Assembly (NCBI GenBank): GCA_048937405.1
Contig: JBHLNF010000012.1
Location: 22,002 to 86,001 of the forward strand
From: Promethearchaeota archaeon
Lineage (GTDB): Archaea; Asgardarchaeota; Lokiarchaeia; Sigyniarchaeales; SOKP01
DNA: 64,000 bases
Direction of reading: 5' to 3'
Shown here piece by piece: positions 21,175-31,323 of the stretch (position 1 is its first letter; each line of letters opens with the position of its first letter). The notes under the pieces were generated by a model, which saw only the letters and a list, made by a program, of their open reading frames with translations, ran no database searches and was not told where the DNA came from. A program made the translations under genes and the position numbers.

Positions 21175-21849
21175 GTGAAATTTATGACACCAACAGCAGC
21201 TTCATTAGAAGCATTATCTAAACTTCGTGAATTGAATTCTGAAAACGGTTGGTACATCATTCCACTACTCGCTATAGTATTATATATTTATGGAACTGAA
21301 ATTAAAAATGCACGAGAAACTGGAAATTGGAGTATTATCTTTGCAGGCCTAACTGTATTAGGTTTGGATTTGATTAATGAAATTTGGAATGGTCTTATAT
21401 TTGTGGCTACTAATTATTCAGCTTTTTGGACTACACCTGGAGCAAGTGCCTATATCATTCTGATTGGATGGAACATTGAAATTGCGTTTATGTTTTCAAT
21501 TGCAGGAATCATATTTGCTAAGTTTTTATCAGATGATAAAAGTAAAAAGATGCTTGGGCTTTCTAATCGATGGGCTATGGCAATTGGATTTTCAATCTTT
21601 TGTGTAATAATTGAGATTTTTTTAAATATTGGAAATTATTTAATTTGGGCTTATTGGTGGTGGAATTGGTATAATCCAATTTTAATCTTTTTGATAGGAT
21701 ATTTTCATTTTTTTGTAATAGCCTTTTATGTATATGATTTGCCAGATAAGAAATCTAAAGTGAAAGTAGTAGGTATTATCTATGCTGTAGGATTTGTATT
21801 ATTATGTATCTTTTTGCCTTTAGGTATTGTTGGAATTATTAATTTTTAA
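21175..21849 (+). CDS. Hypothetical polytopic membrane protein
   Basis: About six hydrophobic segments; GWNIEIAFMF motif. Confidence 0.75.
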   Translation: MKFMTPTAASLEALSKLRELNSENGWYIIPLLAIVLYIYGTEIKNARETGNWSIIFAGLTVLGLDLINEIWNGLIFVATNYSAFWTTPGASAYIILIGWNIEIAFMFSIAGIIFAKFLSDDKSKKMLGLSNRWAMAIGFSIFCVIIEIFLNIGNYLIWAYWWWNWYNPILIFLIGYFHFFVIAFYVYDLPDKKSKVKVVGIIYAVGFVLLCIFLPLGIVGIINF

Positions 21850-22163
21850 TTCAATAAACTCTTTTTTTTTGAAAATTTGATCTTCTTTGATTAAAAATAG
21901 TTAAGAGAGGGCAATTAAATTTTAGTTAAATATCTTTTTATTTAAATAGATGTATTTAAGTGAATTCTTTGCTTTAAGAGTGCATTACCAATTTCCTAAA
22001 TATCATCCCTTTTCAAGAAAAAGTGCGATCTTAAAGTCCAAAATTACATTAATTTTAATATAGATAAGTATAAATATAGAAAATAATATAATAATACTTG
22101 AACTTATTTTCTAATTTATAATATCTTAAAAAAAAATTCCACGAATAAGTAGTTGAGACCCAA

Positions 22164-22706
22164 ATGGTCGCATCTATTGATCATACCGAACTTTTTGAAA
22201 AATCTAGAAAGTTTTTTGAGGATGGTGATATCCTTAAAACATTAGAAAATTACGAACGAGCAATGGAGCGTATTGATCGATCACAGATTAAAAATAAACA
22301 AGAATACATTCAATTTCTTGAATCAATCTTAAATTATTGCAGAGAAAAAAACTTAACCGAACAGGAAGCTCTCGTTCTAAGAGCATTAGGCAGAACATGC
22401 TCAATATTTAAACAATATCCTGAGAGCATGAAGTATCATTATCAGTCATTAAAAATTCAAAAAAGACTTGGTAAAAAGAAAGAAACTGCAGAGGGTTTAG
22501 TTTTTCTTGCAGAAGATTTGGAAGTATCAGGAAACTTCGATAAATGCATTCAAACGTTCCAAGAAGCTTCAGATTTATTTAAAGAAATGGGTAAATTAAA
22601 GAAAGTTAAGGAAATAAAGAAAGAAATATCGAGGCTGGAAGAATTCTCAAGAGAAATGGTCGAAGACGAGTATATGTTACATAAATTTCATGTTGATAAA
22701 TATTAA
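22164..22706 (+). CDS. Tetratricopeptide-repeat protein
   Basis: TPR-like helices ALVLRALG...YHYQSLKI and AEGLVFLA...FQEASDLF. Confidence 0.75.
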   Translation: MVASIDHTELFEKSRKFFEDGDILKTLENYERAMERIDRSQIKNKQEYIQFLESILNYCREKNLTEQEALVLRALGRTCSIFKQYPESMKYHYQSLKIQKRLGKKKETAEGLVFLAEDLEVSGNFDKCIQTFQEASDLFKEMGKLKKVKEIKKEISRLEEFSREMVEDEYMLHKFHVDKY

Positions 22707-22765
22707 GTTTGATATTGAAACTTATTTACCAACTTTATTTTTTTTATATAATTTTTATCTTTGAG

Positions 22766-24055
22766 TTATTTGAAAAATTCCTCATAGATCTGTTTAACTT
22801 TTGCTTGAGCAATAAATTGTATTTTTTTAAGAGGTAATCCTGTTTCTTCACTTATTTTCTTTAAATCATCAAATTCTGGTTTAATATTAACAATTTCTAT
22901 TTTATTATCTGATTCAATGAATGAAATCTTATAGCCTAAATTAAACAAATTTTTATCTACTTCAATGTTTTTTTTCTCAAACTTTCTTTTAATACACACT
23001 CGATTTATCACTTGAAATCTTACCCCTAAAGTCCCTAATTCATATATAATCTTTTCAATTATTTTAAAAATCTGATCAGGTAAACAAAGAATTTTTATAA
23101 TATATCCAGGTCTATTTTTTTTTGTTTGAGTTGGAATAATTTGAACATCTAGGATATTTTCTTTCTCTAATTTACTAATAAAATTACCAAGAATTTCTCC
23201 TGATACATCATCAACGTCAGTTTCTAATATAGCAACTTCTTTAATAAATTTCTGTAAAGGATGATAAAATTCTTTCATGTGAGAGACCTCAATTTTACCA
23301 TAAAAAATTCTCAGGATATTTAAAAAATTTTTGAACTCTTTTTGTCCTGTACTATAGATAGATTTAATAATTCTCATTTCGTTTGGATATTGAAGAACTA
23401 TTGGATCTAAATTTGAAATTAAAGCAGCTCCTGTAGGTGTTACCAATTCAGAATCTATAGGACCCCCAAAGGTAATTAAATTTGAGTTTTGTAAAATCTT
23501 TATTGTTGCGGGAGCAGGAATTGCTAAAGTACCATGTTTAGTATCAACTGTTCCACCACCTAAAGGGATTTTACTACAGAAAATTTGAAAATCTTTCTCA
23601 AAAGCTTTAATTTTATCAAGAGTAATTGCTACTCCAGAAATATCTATAAGAGTGTCAACAGAACTAAGTTCATGGAGATGAATGTTTTCAGTTAATTTTC
23701 CATGAACCTTAGATTCTGCTTGAATTAATGTATTTAAAACATTTTTTGCATAAAGGGATGCATTATTTGAGATTTCGATACCTTCAAGAAAATTATTTAA
23801 TGATCTTTTCAATATTTTAGCATTTCTATGTTCTTTGTTTTCCTTAATTTCAATTTTTAGTTGATTCAATTGAATACCAGAACGTTCAGTGTTAACCAAA
23901 TCTATTTTTAATTTTATAACTCCTGGTAAGTAATTTTTTAAATCCTCCAATTTTATTAAAAGAGCTTCAGATTCTGGAATTAACCCTAATAGAGAACTAA
24001 GGAACATATCTCCTGAAATTCCAGAGTTATTCATGTCGATATATAATGTTCTCAT
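22766..24055 (-). CDS. larC: Nickel pincer cofactor biosynthesis protein LarC
   Basis: SGISGDMFL, IHLHE, HGTLAIPAPAT, ELVTPTGAA, LETDVDD, KKNRPG, KPEFDD. Confidence 0.93.
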   Translation of the reverse strand: MRTLYIDMNNSGISGDMFLSSLLGLIPESEALLIKLEDLKNYLPGVIKLKIDLVNTERSGIQLNQLKIEIKENKEHRNAKILKRSLNNFLEGIEISNNASLYAKNVLNTLIQAESKVHGKLTENIHLHELSSVDTLIDISGVAITLDKIKAFEKDFQIFCSKIPLGGGTVDTKHGTLAIPAPATIKILQNSNLITFGGPIDSELVTPTGAALISNLDPIVLQYPNEMRIIKSIYSTGQKEFKNFLNILRIFYGKIEVSHMKEFYHPLQKFIKEVAILETDVDDVSGEILGNFISKLEKENILDVQIIPTQTKKNRPGYIIKILCLPDQIFKIIEKIIYELGTLGVRFQVINRVCIKRKFEKKNIEVDKNLFNLGYKISFIESDNKIEIVNIKPEFDDLKKISEETGLPLKKIQFIAQAKVKQIYEEFFK

Positions 24056-24186
24056 TTTATTACTTCATAAAAATGGGTAAATTATTCTATAAATTATGTA
24101 ATAACAATTTTATAATTATATTATCTTTTTAATAATATTAAGAATTATTAAAAATAAATAATAAATTCATACTTAGAGTATATATT

Positions 24187-24921
24187 ATGTCAGAACTACA
24201 AACTATAAAATGTTACTTGAATCAATTACCAGCAACTATTTTGAAATTATTAGATGTTGAACCGCCACATGGTACCATCCCAGAAGCAGTTCAACAAATC
24301 TTGGATTTATATCAAGGAATCGAGCGTATTAGTATAAATCTGATAGATAATTTTGGTCTTTTTGAGATCACATATCTTAAACCACATTTTATGATAACTA
24401 ACTCTGAAGTAATGTTATTATTAAGCACTAAAAATCCTTACACATTAGGAGTCTTGCATCAATTAATATATGGAGGTTTTGAGATTGAACCTAATGGATT
24501 TCATCTACTAAAAACGATAGAATCTGCAGGTAAAACATCATGCTTTATTGGTAGAAAAAAGGATTTAGAGAGATATGATGGAGGAACAAAATCTATTCCA
24601 AAAGATACTGATATGGCTACATGGGTGGAAAGTGCAAAAGCTATTAATACCCATCAGCTTTCTTGGATGCATTATTTAGATTTTGAGAATTTACATAAAC
24701 AACAACAACAATTAAAACAAAGAACTCCCGAAGATTTGATAGAAAAATTAATAAATAGAACGGATAAATGGATTTTAAGTAATTACAAGCAACTCAGATC
24801 TAATTCATTGATGATAATTATAGGTGATCATGGTAGGGTAAAGTTAAACCTTGAATATTCTGGCAAAATAGCACAATGGCGTGAAGCTAGTGTACCAATT
24901 GCCATTTTAATAAGAAAATGA
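24187..24921 (+). CDS. Small alkaline-phosphatase-superfamily protein
   Basis: LIDNFG, HYLDFENLH, IIGDHG metal-site-like motifs. Confidence 0.6.
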   Translation: MSELQTIKCYLNQLPATILKLLDVEPPHGTIPEAVQQILDLYQGIERISINLIDNFGLFEITYLKPHFMITNSEVMLLLSTKNPYTLGVLHQLIYGGFEIEPNGFHLLKTIESAGKTSCFIGRKKDLERYDGGTKSIPKDTDMATWVESAKAINTHQLSWMHYLDFENLHKQQQQLKQRTPEDLIEKLINRTDKWILSNYKQLRSNSLMIIIGDHGRVKLNLEYSGKIAQWREASVPIAILIRK

Positions 24922-24927
24922 ATATTA

Positions 24928-26442
24928 TTATTTTCCTGAGAATTTGGAAATAACAAATTTTTGATAGTCATGGAGTTTTTTTAGTACGATTGCAGCTTTC
25001 TCAGGATCTCCTCCAATAAGCATCGTGTTATTTTCATCATATTTATCAAAAGAAAGGCTATCTATACTAGGTGGAATAGCAATATAAATGATCTTTTTAG
25101 CAGGAAATTTTTGACATAGTTCAAATTCCATTTTACTTTCTCTCTCAGACCTCTCAGTTGATCTTTGAATCATTATTTCCGCCATTTTTTTCCCAAATTC
25201 ATTCATAGGCTTTATTCTTTTAATTCGATCAATAGTAGCAGCAGATGCCCTTGTAAGAATTACATCAAAGCAATTAGAATTTAACATTAGTTCAATAATT
25301 TTCCTATAAGCGTTAGGATTTCGAGTAGCGACCATATCAACAGGATTATTATGACTCCAATAAAAAGGAAGATGTTTTGAAATATCTTCTATTAATTTGG
25401 GACCGTTTGGCTCTGCATTTAAATCAACAACATTAATTCCGTGTTTTTCACAAAGATCTGCAAGATGAACAATAAAACCACCTCCCCCGCTAATTATTCC
25501 AACTCTTAGGCGCCCATTAGTAGGAAGCGGTAACAAATATTGTGCTCCCTTCACTAGATAAATAAATTGGTCTATTTGATCCGCCAGAATGACCCCTGTC
25601 TGTTTAAATAAAGATCTGTAAATATCTAATGAACCTGCAATTGACCCAGTATGACTGTTTGCAGCTCTTGCACCACTTTTAGTGGTCCCAGCTTTAAGAA
25701 AAATGATTGGTTTTATTTTTGATGTTTCAGAACAAATTTCTCTAAATCTTTTCCCTGCTCTTAAGCCCTCCGCAAACAAAGCTATTGTTTTAGTTTCTGG
25801 ATCCTGAGAATAATAATCTAAGTAATCCTCTAAAGTAAGGGATGCTTCGTTCCCACTTGAGACAAAATATCGGATATTTTGAAACGCATTACACAATACA
25901 GTTCCCATTGTACCTGATTGAGAAATAATTGATATATTTCCAGGTCTAGGCATCATATATCCAAAACCTAAATGAATAGGAGATGTTTTATCTTCTGATG
26001 AATAAAATCCCATGGAATTAGGGCCTACAAAAATCAAACCTCCTTTTTCAGCCACCTTAATCAATTCCTTATTTTCATCTTGTCTTTCTTCAGTTTTTAC
26101 TTCACCGAATCCTGCGGTAATAATCGCTGCCGTTCTGACTCCATTTTCAATCGCCTGTTTGATTGAATCCACAACAGCATGCGGAGGAACTACAACACCA
26201 ACGAGATCGATAGGTTCTGGACATTTATCCAATGAGGGATATACATCATTTCCTAATATTTTCATATTTTCATATTTAGGATTCTGATTTATACCATATA
26301 TCTTCTTCCTAAAACCACAACTTAAAACATTTCCAAATACCGAATAACCAATTTTTTTTATATTGTCAGTTGCTCCTATAATTGCCACATTTTTAGGATT
26401 TAAAAGAACTTTCATTAATTCTAATTTTTCTTCGATATCCAT
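24928..26442 (-). CDS. Acyl-CoA synthetase (ADP-forming) alpha-like subunit, copy 1
   Basis: CoA-binding domain; GPNSMG, SQSG, SSGNEA, phospho-His motif SHTGS, NNPVD. Confidence 0.9.
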   Translation of the reverse strand: MDIEEKLELMKVLLNPKNVAIIGATDNIKKIGYSVFGNVLSCGFRKKIYGINQNPKYENMKILGNDVYPSLDKCPEPIDLVGVVVPPHAVVDSIKQAIENGVRTAAIITAGFGEVKTEERQDENKELIKVAEKGGLIFVGPNSMGFYSSEDKTSPIHLGFGYMMPRPGNISIISQSGTMGTVLCNAFQNIRYFVSSGNEASLTLEDYLDYYSQDPETKTIALFAEGLRAGKRFREICSETSKIKPIIFLKAGTTKSGARAANSHTGSIAGSLDIYRSLFKQTGVILADQIDQFIYLVKGAQYLLPLPTNGRLRVGIISGGGGFIVHLADLCEKHGINVVDLNAEPNGPKLIEDISKHLPFYWSHNNPVDMVATRNPNAYRKIIELMLNSNCFDVILTRASAATIDRIKRIKPMNEFGKKMAEIMIQRSTERSERESKMEFELCQKFPAKKIIYIAIPPSIDSLSFDKYDENNTMLIGGDPEKAAIVLKKLHDYQKFVISKFSGK

Positions 26443-26685
26443 TATTCATTCTTCCAAGTCTAAATTGTTAATTGAAGATATAATATGTATTAAATAGATT
26501 CGTAAAGGATTGAAAAAATATTAATTTTCTCAATATGGTTAATTAAAAAACTTACAATAAGAGTGAAAATTAAAAATTATGATAAAAATATGAAATTGAT
26601 TAGAAAAATTTTGAAAAAGGAAAGAGTTTATTATATTTCAATTTAAAACTATATATTTCTATTTTTTATAAGGAAATAAACCATA
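26443..26685. repeat. Duplicated upstream region (copy of 28198-28410)
   Basis: Shared blocks such as TAGATTCGTAAAGGATT, AAAAAATATTAATTTTCTCAATATGGTT, ACTTACAATAAGAGTGAAAATTAAAAATTATGAT and TATATTTCAATTTAAAACTATA. Confidence 0.9.
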
Positions 26686-28197
26686 TTATTTTCCTAAGGA
26701 TTCAGAATTAACATATTTTTGGTAATCATGGAGTTTTTTTAGTACTATTGCTGCATTCTCAGGATTTCCTCCAATAACCATCATATTATTTTCATCATAT
26801 TTTTGAAAAGAAGGACCCCCCATATTGGGTGGAATGGCAATATAAATAATCTTTTTACTTGGATATTTTTGATGCAATTCAATTTCTTTTTTATACCCAT
26901 CTTCAAACATTTGACTTGCTCTTTGTCTCATCAGCTCAGCTAATCTTTTTCCAATCTCATTCATAGGTTTTAATTCTTTCACTCTATCGAGAAATGTAGC
27001 AGATGCCATTGTAAGAATTACATCAAAGCAATCGGAATTCAACATTAATTTGATAATTTCATACCCGTCAGCATTACGGGTAGCGACCATATCAACAGGA
27101 TTATTATGGCTCCAATAAAAAGGAAGATGTTTTGATATATCATCTATTAGTTTGGGACCATTTGGCTCCGTTCTTAAATCAACAACATTAATTCCATGTT
27201 TTTCACAAAGATCTGCAAGGTGAACTATGATTCCACCGCCTCCACTAATTATTCCAACTCTTAGGTGCCCATTTGTAGGAAGAGGTAATAAATACTGTGC
27301 TCCCTTCACTAAATAAATAAATTGATCTATTTGATCTGCAGAGATTACTCCTGTCTGTTTAAATAAAGATCTGTAAATATCTAATGAACCCGCAATTGAC
27401 CCAGTATGACTATTTGCAGCTCTAGCCCCACTTTTAGTAGTTCCAGCTTTGAGAAAAATGATTGGTTTTGTTTTTGATGTTTCAGAGCAAATTTCTCTGA
27501 ATCTTTTTCCTGCTCTTAAGCCCTCCGCAAATAATGCTATTGTTTTAGTTTCTGGATCCTGAGAATAATACTCTAAGTAATCCTCTAGAGTAAGGGATGC
27601 TTCGTTCCCACTTGAGACAAAATATCGGATATTTTGAAAGGCATTGCATAAAATAGTTCCCATTGTTCCCGATTGAGAAACTATCGACAAATTTCCAGGT
27701 CTAGGCAACATGAATCCAAAACCTAAATGGAGGGGGGATGTTTTATCTTCTGATGAATAAAATCCCATGGAATTAGGGCCTACAAAAATCAAACCTCCTT
27801 TTTCAGCCACCTTAATCAATTCCTTATTTTCATCTTGTCTTTTTTCAGTTTTTACTTCACCGAATCCTGCGGTAATAATCGCTGCCGTTCTGACTCCATT
27901 TTCAATCGCTTGTTTGACTGAATCCACAACAGCATCAGGGGGAACAACGATTCCGACAAGATCTATTGGTTCTGGACATTTATCCAGTGAGGGATAGACA
28001 TCATTTCCTAGAATTTTCTTGTTTTTATATTTAGGATTCTGATTTATACCATAAATCTTCTTCGTAAATCCACAACTTAAAACACTCCCCAACACCATAA
28101 AGCCAATCTTCATTATACTGTCAGTTGCCCCCATAACTGCCACATTTTTAGGATTAAACATTATTTTCATTAATTCCAACTTTTCTTCAATATCCAT
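26686..28197 (-). CDS. Acyl-CoA synthetase (ADP-forming) alpha-like subunit, copy 2 (tandem paralog)
   Basis: Same motifs; long near-identical DNA blocks shared with 24928-26442. Confidence 0.9.
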   Translation of the reverse strand: MDIEEKLELMKIMFNPKNVAVMGATDSIMKIGFMVLGSVLSCGFTKKIYGINQNPKYKNKKILGNDVYPSLDKCPEPIDLVGIVVPPDAVVDSVKQAIENGVRTAAIITAGFGEVKTEKRQDENKELIKVAEKGGLIFVGPNSMGFYSSEDKTSPLHLGFGFMLPRPGNLSIVSQSGTMGTILCNAFQNIRYFVSSGNEASLTLEDYLEYYSQDPETKTIALFAEGLRAGKRFREICSETSKTKPIIFLKAGTTKSGARAANSHTGSIAGSLDIYRSLFKQTGVISADQIDQFIYLVKGAQYLLPLPTNGHLRVGIISGGGGIIVHLADLCEKHGINVVDLRTEPNGPKLIDDISKHLPFYWSHNNPVDMVATRNADGYEIIKLMLNSDCFDVILTMASATFLDRVKELKPMNEIGKRLAELMRQRASQMFEDGYKKEIELHQKYPSKKIIYIAIPPNMGGPSFQKYDENNMMVIGGNPENAAIVLKKLHDYQKYVNSESLGK

Positions 28198-28415
28198 TTT
28201 TCATTCCTCAAAGTTTAGATTGTCATTTGATGATATAATATAAAATAAGTAGATTCGTAAAGGATTCAAAAAATATTAATTTTCTCAATATGGTTGATTA
28301 AAGAACTTACAATAAGAGTGAAAATTAAAAATTATGATTACAATACAAAATTGAATTAAAAATTTTTATAAGGAAATAATTAAATATATTTCAATTTAAA
28401 ACTATAAATTCCTAA

Positions 28416-28931
28416 TTGCCTAAAATGGAAGAATATAAACGCTTTACAATTTCACTTCCTCAAGATTTATACCAAAAATTTGAGGAATTTAGAAATAAGA
28501 TAGGAATATCAAGATCCGATGCTATTAGAAAAGCTATGCATCTTTTTATGATACAAGAAGAAAATATTTCTATAGCATCTGAAAATGTTGTAGGATGTAT
28601 TACATTAATTATGACTCATGAGCATGTCGATTTAAATCATGAACATTCTCATCACGACTTACATGATTCTGAACATGATCATGATTATAGCTCAAAATCT
28701 TTATATGCTAATGTTCAACAAACAGATGAAATCCTTAAAAATGATATTCAACATCATTTTCACGATATTATTATATCTACAATGCATATCCACTTGGAAT
28801 ATGAAAAATGTCTTGAAATAATAGCAGTTTCTGGTCCTTTCAATCGAGTTAAAAGATTAAAAGATGATCTTCAACGGTTAAAAAGTGTTTTATCTATTGG
28901 ATTCTTCATTATTGATAAAAAAATCGAATAA
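28416..28931 (+). CDS. nikR: Nickel-responsive regulator NikR with His-rich insertion
   Basis: Ribbon-helix-helix RFTISLP...SRSDAIR; metal ligands QH...HIH...C. Confidence 0.88.
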   Translation: MPKMEEYKRFTISLPQDLYQKFEEFRNKIGISRSDAIRKAMHLFMIQEENISIASENVVGCITLIMTHEHVDLNHEHSHHDLHDSEHDHDYSSKSLYANVQQTDEILKNDIQHHFHDIIISTMHIHLEYEKCLEIIAVSGPFNRVKRLKDDLQRLKSVLSIGFFIIDKKIE

Positions 28932-28968
28932 AATATTAAAAAGAGATCCTATAAGGAAGTAATAAAAT

Positions 28969-29041
28969 AAGAATAAATTATTCCATGTACTCTAGAAAGA
29001 GATTAAGGTATAAGGCGATTTAGGTTGGAATATTTATTCTT
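28969..29041. repeat. Imperfect 16-bp inverted repeat between the convergent nikR and histone genes
   Basis: AAGAATAAATTATTCCA (28969-28985) and TGGAATATTTATTCTT (29026-29041), one bulged base. Confidence 0.55.
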
Positions 29042-29180
29042 TATTTTTTTAGGGTCGTGTGTGTTAATTGCATAATTAAATTTTGTAAATTAAAGCATCA
29101 AGAGACAACAAATTTAGTAATTTTACTTTAAGAATTAATTAGATTAAAAAATAAAAAAAAAAAGTATACTTTAACTAGGA

Positions 29181-29378
29181 TTATAAATCTTTTTCTTGGA
29201 CTGTTTTTCTATTATTTGCCTTAGCTCTTCCGATTGCTTTGTCGAGAACTCCAATGATTGCATCATTAAGTGCAGGACCATCAATTAAATCTCCACTTGT
29301 GTTACATCCTTTACTTTTTATATATTCTCGGACTTTACTTTTCACAAAAAGAGCCTCTACAGCAGGTTTTTTAGCCAT
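29181..29378 (-). CDS. Short histone-fold protein (alpha3-truncated, face-to-face/bacterial-type histone)
   Basis: LFVKSKVREY...NTSGD...RAKANNRKTVQEKDL with the RxT..D histone signature; AGGAGG SD upstream. Confidence 0.85.
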   Translation of the reverse strand: MAKKPAVEALFVKSKVREYIKSKGCNTSGDLIDGPALNDAIIGVLDKAIGRAKANNRKTVQEKDL

Positions 29379-29835
29379 TTTTTATTCCTCCTATTAAGTT
29401 TTTAAAAATGTTTTAAATAAATTTATTAATTTAATTATTATTCCGTCTTCCTTATTTTTAAACTTTAAGGTTAGATCATCTTAAACGATGAATAACAACC
29501 TTCTAAATGCAATTTTTTCCAAAAAAAAATCATATAAAAAGAATTACAGATTTTAAAATAAAATGCAAATTCAACAAGATATTATCTTTTCTAAATTGGA
29601 AATAATAGATTTGAATATCAAAGAATGATATATTCATAGAGATGGTCTCTTTAAATGAGAAAATGGAATATGAAGTTTATTTCAAAAATTATATGATTAA
29701 AAATAACTAGCAGGAAATTAAGAACAATACTGAAATTTATAATTATCTAATGATTATTGAAAATCCTAAAGGAATAAATTTTTATGCAGCTTTGAGAACT
29801 TTGAAAAGTATGTGATTTTTATAGTTCATTTATAA

Positions 29836-30645
29836 TTGTGTATTATGGGAATTAAAGATCAATCTCCTATGCAATCAAAGATTCGAAGATCATATGATAA
29901 TACCATTATTCACAATATCTTTATCTTTAATAGATCTGGGATATGTTTCTATGGAAAGAATTTTACAGATTATTTTAATATTGAAAAAAATTTAGTTTCA
30001 CCCTTTATTACTGCTTTAATGTCTTTTTCTAAAGAGATGATTGGAAAAGAGTTTAAAACAATAGAGATGGGAGATGTTAAAATTGTAATTTTTGAAAAGG
30101 GAAAAATAAATTATAGTATTTTATGTGATTCGACTGAGAATAATTTGTTTTTAGGAGATATAATTATCGAAATTAATAAGCGGCTTCAAGCATATATCGA
30201 TAAAGAAAAAATTAACTTTGATAAAGAGGTTGTGTATGATAGCAAATTAATTGAAATTATAGATAATATAATAGATGATACATTAAGTAGTGAATTTGAT
30301 TTAAAATCAGAACAGAAAATTCTGGAATATCTGAAGGAAATCACCCTTATAGATGAAATTGACGGAATTATTCTTTTAACCAACAGGGGAAAAGTAATAT
30401 ATTCATCTTACAACAAATTAAATCTAAGAAATTTTATGAGAGAGGTTGATTTCCGCGTGAAAATATTTAATAATTCTATACTTAAGCTTTTTTATACATT
30501 TAGAGATAAGAGATTTATTTTTTCAGAATATGTACAAAATAAATATTTCCTAATCCTAGTATTTGATTCTTACGTAAAATTTGGAATGGCTGAGCATTAT
30601 TTAACTCAAATTGTAAATTCTGTGAAGAAAATTCTTTCAGAATAA
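29836..30645 (+). CDS. Longin-like plus roadblock-like domain protein
   Basis: IHNIFIFNRSGICFY (longin-like start); EIDGIILLTNRGKVIYS (roadblock-like). Confidence 0.6.
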   Translation: MCIMGIKDQSPMQSKIRRSYDNTIIHNIFIFNRSGICFYGKNFTDYFNIEKNLVSPFITALMSFSKEMIGKEFKTIEMGDVKIVIFEKGKINYSILCDSTENNLFLGDIIIEINKRLQAYIDKEKINFDKEVVYDSKLIEIIDNIIDDTLSSEFDLKSEQKILEYLKEITLIDEIDGIILLTNRGKVIYSSYNKLNLRNFMREVDFRVKIFNNSILKLFYTFRDKRFIFSEYVQNKYFLILVFDSYVKFGMAEHYLTQIVNSVKKILSE

Positions 30646-30805
30646 TTAGTTTTGAATTTAAAAGGCATATATTTAATTATTTAAGGATTAAACTCTTAAT
30701 AAAAATTAGAAATCTTAGATTAAGATTTAAATTTATGATTTATAAAAACTAATTTAAAAAAGCTACAAATATATTCATAAAGTAAAAATTTTGAGTGTTT
30801 TCATT

Positions 30806-31309
30806 ATGTCAAAATCAGAAGAAGGATTAAAAGAAGCATTTGCTGGTGAATCACAAGCAAATCGTAAATATTTAGCTTTTGCTCAAAAGGCAGATCAAGA
30901 AGGATTTTCTCAAATAGCAAAGCTCTTTAGAGCCGCTGCTGCTGCTGAAACAGTTCACGCGCATAATCACCTTAGAGTTCTTGGTGGTGTTAAATCAACA
31001 AAAGAAAATTTAAAAGCTGCTGTAGAAGGTGAGCATTATGAATTTACCAAAATGTACCCCGAGTTTCTCGAAGCAGCTAGAAATGAAGGAAATAAGGATG
31101 CTGAAAGAACATTTAATTATGCTAACGAAGTTGAAAAAATTCATCATAAATTATATTCAGTAGCTCTCAAAGCAGTTGAGAATGATAAAGATTTAGAGAA
31201 AAAAGAAATATACATATGCCCTGTCTGTGGATATACTCATGAAGGAGAGCCCCCAGAAAAGTGTCCCGTTTGTGGAGCAGCAAAAAAAGTCTTTAAACCA
31301 ATTACATAA
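30806..31309 (+). CDS. rbr: Rubrerythrin
   Basis: AFAGESQANRKY, ETVHA, EKIH, CPVCGY...CPVCG; start taken at ATG 30806. Confidence 0.95.
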   Translation: MSKSEEGLKEAFAGESQANRKYLAFAQKADQEGFSQIAKLFRAAAAAETVHAHNHLRVLGGVKSTKENLKAAVEGEHYEFTKMYPEFLEAARNEGNKDAERTFNYANEVEKIHHKLYSVALKAVENDKDLEKKEIYICPVCGYTHEGEPPEKCPVCGAAKKVFKPIT

Positions 31310-31323
31310 TTTTTTTTATTTAT

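Noticed and set aside
28300-28415. NikR operator upstream of nikR
   Set aside because: No clear GTATGA-N16-TCATAC-like dyad could be identified by eye
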